Assembly: GCA_027015275.1 (NCBI GenBank)
Contig: JALWCU010000135.1
Span: forward strand, 1 to 42,302
Reading direction: 5' to 3'
DNA: 42,302 nt
Source: Bacteroidales bacterium
Lineage (GTDB): Bacteria > Bacteroidota > Bacteroidia > Bacteroidales > S143-33
Shown: in pieces, positions 37,809 to 42,302 of the stretch
How the letters are laid out: every line of letters begins with the position of its first letter
Position numbering within the stretch: position 1 is the first letter of the stretch
Notes under the pieces: model-generated
What the model was told of the DNA's origin: nothing
The model's database searches: none
The model's input: the letters and a program-made list of their open reading frames with translations, nothing else
Translations under genes and position numbers: made by a program

Positions 37809-38810
37809 GTGCGTACGAAGATAATTTTGTTCATATTTGTAATAAGTATTTTGCCATTAGGTCTGAAAGCTCAGTATGCTCATTTTTCGCAGTTTTATGC
37901 TGCACCATTAGTTTTGGCTCCTTCTTTTGCAGGTTCAGCTGATGGTGCCAGAGGTACGATAAATTACCGTGATCAATGGACTGGCATAAAGAAGGGCATT
38001 TTTGTAACAGAGGCTTTTGCTTTTGATATTACTGCTAGGAAGATAAATAGTGGCTTCGGATTATTAGTAGTTCGGGACAAGGCAGGTACTGGTAATTTGG
38101 GGCGCTTGGATGTTGGTGCTATATATTCATGGAATGCCCAGTTGACCAAGTCAGGTTTATTTTTTCGTCCGGGAATAGAGCTAAAGTTTGCACAACGTGG
38201 GGTTGATATAGAGAAATTGATTTTTCCTGATCAATTGTCTTTTGATGGGATATCAGGTCAAACGAGTCAGCAGGGGCCTGTTGATAGAACAAAATTTTTC
38301 TTGGATGCTGCGTCTTCGGCACTGTTTTATTCTGAGAAATTCTGGATAGGTTTGACTGTTGATCATCTATTCCGTCCTAATGATGCTTTTTATGATAGGA
38401 GTTATCGAGTGCCATTGAAATACACGTTTTTCGGTGGATATAAGTTTGGTACATATTCTCGTCGTCGTAGAGTAGGGGATAAGTACATGGTTTCATATCA
38501 GCTGCGTTATCAAGGTGGCAGTTATCAGTTGGATTTGGGTGGTTATTGGGAACATGAGCCGATATTAGTAGGGCTGTGGCTCAGAGGATTGCCATATTTA
38601 AATGCCTTTGGCACATTGAATATGGATGCAATGGTCTTCATGGTTGGTTATCATATTTTTGGGATTAGTATAGGCTATAGCTATGACCTTACGGTAAGTC
38701 CGATACTGATGCGAGCAGGAGGTTCGCACGAAATTTCTTTGAGTTATACTTTGGCAACACAAATGAGGCGTCATCGCCGCAAAGGTGCTATCCCTTGTCC
38801 TAAAATGTGA
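37809..38810 (+). CDS. PorP/SprF-family type IX secretion system membrane protein
   Basis: GTG start, with no in-frame ATG nearby. Signal peptide ILFIFVISILPLGLKAQ. N-terminal block QYAHFSQFYAAPLVLAPSFAG is characteristic of PorP/SprF. Beta-rich, ~310 mature residues. Confidence 0.8.
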   Translation: MRTKIILFIFVISILPLGLKAQYAHFSQFYAAPLVLAPSFAGSADGARGTINYRDQWTGIKKGIFVTEAFAFDITARKINSGFGLLVVRDKAGTGNLGRLDVGAIYSWNAQLTKSGLFFRPGIELKFAQRGVDIEKLIFPDQLSFDGISGQTSQQGPVDRTKFFLDAASSALFYSEKFWIGLTVDHLFRPNDAFYDRSYRVPLKYTFFGGYKFGTYSRRRRVGDKYMVSYQLRYQGGSYQLDLGGYWEHEPILVGLWLRGLPYLNAFGTLNMDAMVFMVGYHIFGISIGYSYDLTVSPILMRAGGSHEISLSYTLATQMRRHRRKGAIPCPKM

Positions 38811-39026
38811 TTTTTCTTTTATTTATGTTTTTTTTGTTAATTCCTTGATAATTAACAAGGTATCTTGTTTTATTGCAATTTAGTTTGCAATGGTTGCCTT
38901 TTTGCCACAAGATAATGAATGATTTTTCCCCATTATTGAGAAAGTTCTTTTTACTTGCAATGTGTCTTGAGCGCAATCGCAACAGGCTTTATTACTGCGA
39001 TATAACAAATGCGTGGCAAAGAAATA

Positions 39027-39057
39027 TTTGTAGATTATTGAGAATTAAATAGTTTTG
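39027..39057 (+). promoter_or_regulatory. Candidate Bacteroidota promoter (-33 TTTG, -7 TAGTTTTG followed by CA) for the BASS transporter gene
   Basis: TTTG at 39027-39030 and TAGTTTTG at 39050-39057, 19-nt spacer. The -7 box ends 24 nt before the ATG at 39081. Confidence 0.45.
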
Positions 39058-39080
39058 CATAAAATAACAATTTTTTCATT

Positions 39081-40052
39081 ATGTACGAAGCTCTATCCCA
39101 TTTAGATTCAGTACACCTCAATTTTACTCCAAGTTCTCTATTTATTCTCAATATCACTTTAGCAATAATCATGGTAGGAGTGGCCCTTGGAATTAAGCTT
39201 AATGGATTCAAGGACTTGTTGCTGCATCCCAAGCCATTTATAGTAGGAGTGATATCTCAATTTGTCTTGTTGCCAGCTTTTACTTTTCTGCTGGTTATCT
39301 TACTGAGGTTGCCAGAAAGTGTGGCTTTAGGAATGATATTGGTGGCAGCTTGTCCAGGAGGTAATATTAGCAATTTTATGAGCTCTTTGTCAAAGGGGAA
39401 CGTAGAGTTATCAGTGAGTTTAACGATGTTTGCCACATTAACGGCAGTTTTATTTACTCCACTTAATTTTGCATTGTGGGGAAAGCTATTTATACGTTTT
39501 GCAGCAAAACATTTCAGTGAATTAGCGCCTATTACAATAAATTTTTGGGCAATGTTCAGAGCTGTGGTGATTATCCTGTTAATACCGATGACTATAGGGC
39601 TATTCATATCGCATAAATGGCCTAAAATAGCCAAGAAGTCGGGACCTTATGTCAGGATAATTTCTGTTATCATTTTTTTGATTATGGTCGTTGTTATGAT
39701 AATGAATAATTGGGAGTTTGTAAAAAAATATGTACAGGTTGTATTTTTGTTGGTATTTCTTCATAATGGTATGGCTTTACTGATAGGTTATTATTGGAGT
39801 AAGCTAAATCGTCTTAAGCTTCAGGATGCAAGGACAATATCCATAGAGACAGGCATACAGAATTCGGGTTTGGCTCTTGTGTTGATTTTCAACCCGAGAT
39901 TATTTAATGGACTTGGTGGCATGGCAGCTATAGCAGCTTGGTGGGGCGTATGGCATATTATATCAGGTTTGACAGTAGGTTTTGTATGGGGGTATATTCG
40001 CAAACCAAAAAGGCTGAAAAATGTTGAATTACAAGAGAGTACTGCACAGTAA
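39081..40052 (+). CDS. Bile acid:sodium symporter (BASS) family transporter
   Basis: 323 aa, ~9-10 TM helices, signature-like ACPGGNISN and IETGIQNSGLAL blocks. Confidence 0.85.
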   Translation: MYEALSHLDSVHLNFTPSSLFILNITLAIIMVGVALGIKLNGFKDLLLHPKPFIVGVISQFVLLPAFTFLLVILLRLPESVALGMILVAACPGGNISNFMSSLSKGNVELSVSLTMFATLTAVLFTPLNFALWGKLFIRFAAKHFSELAPITINFWAMFRAVVIILLIPMTIGLFISHKWPKIAKKSGPYVRIISVIIFLIMVVVMIMNNWEFVKKYVQVVFLLVFLHNGMALLIGYYWSKLNRLKLQDARTISIETGIQNSGLALVLIFNPRLFNGLGGMAAIAAWWGVWHIISGLTVGFVWGYIRKPKRLKNVELQESTAQ

Positions 40053-41364
40053 TCCTGGTTACAAGTTGGGCAGGATTTTTCTTACAGATTTTTGGTTTAA
40101 TCATATTTACAATCGTCAGGTCGTGGTGCTTGGGAGGGAGAATATCCCCAGGAATAAGCCTGTGTTGATTTTGCCTGTCCATCGTAATGCCTTGATTGAT
40201 AATATGGCAGTGCTGACCACGAGGAATGACAATCCAGTTTTTCTGGCAAGGGCGGATATTTTTAGGCAGAAATTATTGGCCAAGATTTTTATTTTTTTTC
40301 GTATGGTGCCTGTTTTTCGTATAAGAGATGGCAGGGAAAGCCTGGCAAATAACGAGATGACTTTTGACGTTAGTGCACATGTTCTGGAGAAGAACAAGAT
40401 ATTGGTAGTTTTTCCAGAGGCAGCACATAATGAAAGGAATCAGATGTTGCCTGTCAGAAAGGGGGCTATCCGTATAGCTTTTCTCACGGCAGAGAGAACA
40501 AATTTTCAGAAGGATATTTATTTGGTACCTACTGGTTTGTACTATGATGATATTTATCATTACAGACATAAGATTTTGATTACTTATGACAAGCCAATAA
40601 ATATTCTGGATTACAAAGAGCTTTATCTTGAGAACAAACAGAAGGCAATGCTTAAGGTTAGGGAAGACTTGACAAAGGCTCTGACAGACCTTTCTATTCA
40701 TATAGCAAATGATGAGTATTATCACCAGGTAAATCAAGCACGGGAAATTTTTGATGCGTATGTTGCCCAGGATATGGGCAAAGATCTACGGCAGTTTGAT
40801 CATAAATTTGAAGTTGATAAGAAAATTATTGATGTTTTAGAGGAGGCAATGGAAAAAGAACCAGAGCATTTTGATAAATTTGCACACAAGATAGATAAGT
40901 ATGTAAAAGGACTTAGGGATAATAAGCTTAAAGATTATCTTTTTGAGAAGCCGATGTCGTGGGGAAAGCTATTGATTTCAAGTTTGTTAGCAGTTGTTCT
41001 TTTACCGTTATATTTGTTGATGTGGATAAATTTTGCAGCTCCAGTATGCTTGCCAGAGATATTGGTACATAAGTTTGAAGAGACAATTTTCTATGCATCA
41101 GTACGTTTTGCTGCTTCCTTGATTTTTGTGCTTTTGTGGGCAATAATTTGGGGTATTGTTTTAGCTATTTGGGTCAGTTGGTGGGCTGGACTGATTTTCT
41201 TTCTTTTGCAGCCATTATTATTAGTGTTTTGGCTGGACTTTACACGTTTTTTGAAGAAGATTTTGGGAAATTGGCGGTTTAAGCTGGGAAAAGATAAATT
41301 CATTGATTTAAAGTGTATTAGGGAAGAATTGCTGCGTGAATTTTCGCTGTTTTATGTTAAATAA
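40021..41364 (+). CDS. Lysophospholipid/glycerol-phosphate acyltransferase family protein with C-terminal membrane domain
   Basis: 447 aa. LILPVHRNALIDNM (an H-x-n-D type catalytic block; the spacing is not the canonical HX4D). FPEAAHN (FPEGTR-like). C-terminal hydrophobic helices. The ATG at 40021 overlaps the BASS gene by 32 nt; an alternative TTG at 40066 would remove the overlap. Confidence 0.7.
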   Translation: MLNYKRVLHSNPGYKLGRIFLTDFWFNHIYNRQVVVLGRENIPRNKPVLILPVHRNALIDNMAVLTTRNDNPVFLARADIFRQKLLAKIFIFFRMVPVFRIRDGRESLANNEMTFDVSAHVLEKNKILVVFPEAAHNERNQMLPVRKGAIRIAFLTAERTNFQKDIYLVPTGLYYDDIYHYRHKILITYDKPINILDYKELYLENKQKAMLKVREDLTKALTDLSIHIANDEYYHQVNQAREIFDAYVAQDMGKDLRQFDHKFEVDKKIIDVLEEAMEKEPEHFDKFAHKIDKYVKGLRDNKLKDYLFEKPMSWGKLLISSLLAVVLLPLYLLMWINFAAPVCLPEILVHKFEETIFYASVRFAASLIFVLLWAIIWGIVLAIWVSWWAGLIFFLLQPLLLVFWLDFTRFLKKILGNWRFKLGKDKFIDLKCIREELLREFSLFYVK

Positions 41365-41398
41365 ATTGCCTTTGGTCAAAATTTTTAATATTTTGTTC

Positions 41399-41406
41399 TA
41401 AGTTTG
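41399..41406 (+). promoter_or_regulatory. Candidate -7 promoter box (TAAGTTTG) for the 41431-42210 gene
   Basis: TAAGTTTG lies 25 nt upstream of the ATG at 41431. Confidence 0.4.
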
Positions 41407-41430
41407 CGGTCGAAATAAAAGTCGAAAAAT

Positions 41431-42210
41431 ATGAAAAAATTTACGGTTATAATTTTTGCATTAGTACTTATTTTGGGCATGACATCTTGTAAGAAGAAGG
41501 TTGAACAGCCCGTATTGCCACCTTCGCAGACCATGGAGTTGAATGATAATAACTTCCAGGGCAATACATCAGAGAAGGTCGAAGGATATGGCAATTGGTT
41601 CTCTGCAGCAGTTACTGGAGGTTTCTGGTCAGCGATTGTAAAGGTGTCATTTGCTATTCCTATTTATGCATATAAACATGCGTTGGAGCAGACCCCTCAG
41701 AAAGTTGATAACAGTACTTGGCTTTGGCAGTATAATGTGCAGTTTATGGGTATAAATCATCATGTTAAGTTATACGGGTCTGTGGATCCGAACCAGGACA
41801 TGGTTAGCTGGGAGATGTACGTTGATGATTTTAATTGGTTTGTCGGTGAGAATAATGTTGCTGCCACCGAAGGATATTGGATATTTTATTCCAAAGATGC
41901 TCAGCCAAAAGAAAAGCTCAAGGTTGAATGGACTTATGATTATTCAGATAGCACTGGTACAGCTAAGTATATTGTCGTTGATCAGGATGCTAACAATTAC
42001 AATTCTTACCTGTATTATGGTAACAATTTGGATGGACTGTATAATTGCTTTTTTAATATTGTTAATACATCTGATACCAGTTCTGTAGAGATTCAGTGGA
42101 ACAATCAGAGTCGTGTTGGACGTATCAAATCATCAAAGTATTTTGGAGATCAGGCATGGCACTGCTGGAACGAAAGCTTGCAAGATTGCCAGTGCCCTTC
42201 GTCTAAGTAA
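41431..42210 (+). CDS. Hypothetical lipoprotein with a Cys-containing C-terminal tail
   Basis: 259 aa. Signal peptide plus lipobox (LVLILGMTSC). W/Y-rich body. C-terminus WHCWNESLQDCQCPSSK. No family recognised. Confidence 0.7.
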   Translation: MKKFTVIIFALVLILGMTSCKKKVEQPVLPPSQTMELNDNNFQGNTSEKVEGYGNWFSAAVTGGFWSAIVKVSFAIPIYAYKHALEQTPQKVDNSTWLWQYNVQFMGINHHVKLYGSVDPNQDMVSWEMYVDDFNWFVGENNVAATEGYWIFYSKDAQPKEKLKVEWTYDYSDSTGTAKYIVVDQDANNYNSYLYYGNNLDGLYNCFFNIVNTSDTSSVEIQWNNQSRVGRIKSSKYFGDQAWHCWNESLQDCQCPSSK

Positions 42211-42231
42211 TTAGCCTTAAATTACTTTCAT

Positions 42232-42264
42232 AGAGGCTGCCCTTTTGGGGCAGCCTCTTTTTTA
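42232..42264 (+). terminator. Intrinsic terminator
   Basis: agaggctgccc / ggggcagcctct, a ~11-bp GC-rich stem with a short U-rich loop. It is followed by tttttta and lies 22 nt after the stop codon. Confidence 0.9.
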
Positions 42265-42302
42265 TGCAAAAAACATTTAAACCATTTTAGGAAAGGAATC
42301 AA

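Noticed and set aside
38834-38870. AT-only hairpin (ttgttaatt / aattaacaa, or alternatively ccttg / caagg) after the PorP/SprF gene, considered as a terminator.
   Set aside because: The stem is almost purely A-T, with competing alternative pairings. It is too weak to call with confidence.
38899-39022. Long-range 8-10 bp pairing (ctttttgccac / gtggcaaagaa) enclosing small hairpins upstream of the BASS gene, plus three TTGCAAT copies at 38873, 38885 and 38955. Considered as a possible riboswitch or operator.
   Set aside because: The helix is AU-rich and short enough to be expected by chance in a 270-nt AT-rich spacer. It lies upstream of the best promoter candidate rather than in the leader. 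I recognised no riboswitch consensus.
1-42302. I looked for CRISPR repeats, rRNA/tRNA genes, transposases, integrase-att pairs, toxin-antitoxin pairs and known defence gene signatures.
   Set aside because: None was seen. The only recombinase is a housekeeping-type xerD coupled to pgeF. The only SMC-like ATPase is a canonical SbcC with a zinc hook.

Overview
AT-rich chromosomal segment that reads as ordinary Bacteroidota core genome, not a mobile or accessory island. The phylum call rests on five things: a nusB-DUF1573-yajC operon; a PorP/SprF type IX secretion gene; an ECF sigma / FecR / STN-domain TonB-dependent transducer cluster; Rho with a long K/E/Q-rich N-terminal insertion; and TAnnTTTG -7 promoter boxes 23-52 nt upstream of twelve start codons. 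I call 32 protein genes. Housekeeping genes are rho, xerD, pgeF, sbcC, ffh, gdhA, yajC, nusB, pgi, arcC, a CCA-adding/HD enzyme and parE. The rest are envelope or signalling genes, plus six intrinsic-terminator-like hairpins. I saw no rRNA, tRNA, CRISPR array, transposase, phage gene or recognisable defence system. I found no clear-cut novel system. The best leads are: (1) a membrane sensor (helical ectodomain-HAMP-GAF-coiled coil-PAS) with no output domain, sitting 42 nt upstream of the ECF sigma / FecR / TonB transducer / DUF4249-like cluster; (2) a ~113-nt element closed by a GC-rich 13-14 bp helix inside a very AT-rich 346-bp spacer, either an unclassified structured RNA or a TA-flanked MITE; (3) an OmpA-like coiled-coil anchor co-transcribed with an 18-repeat LRR protein; (4) an sbcC with no sbcD partner. 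All family calls come from motif recognition by eye. No database search or folding computation was run.
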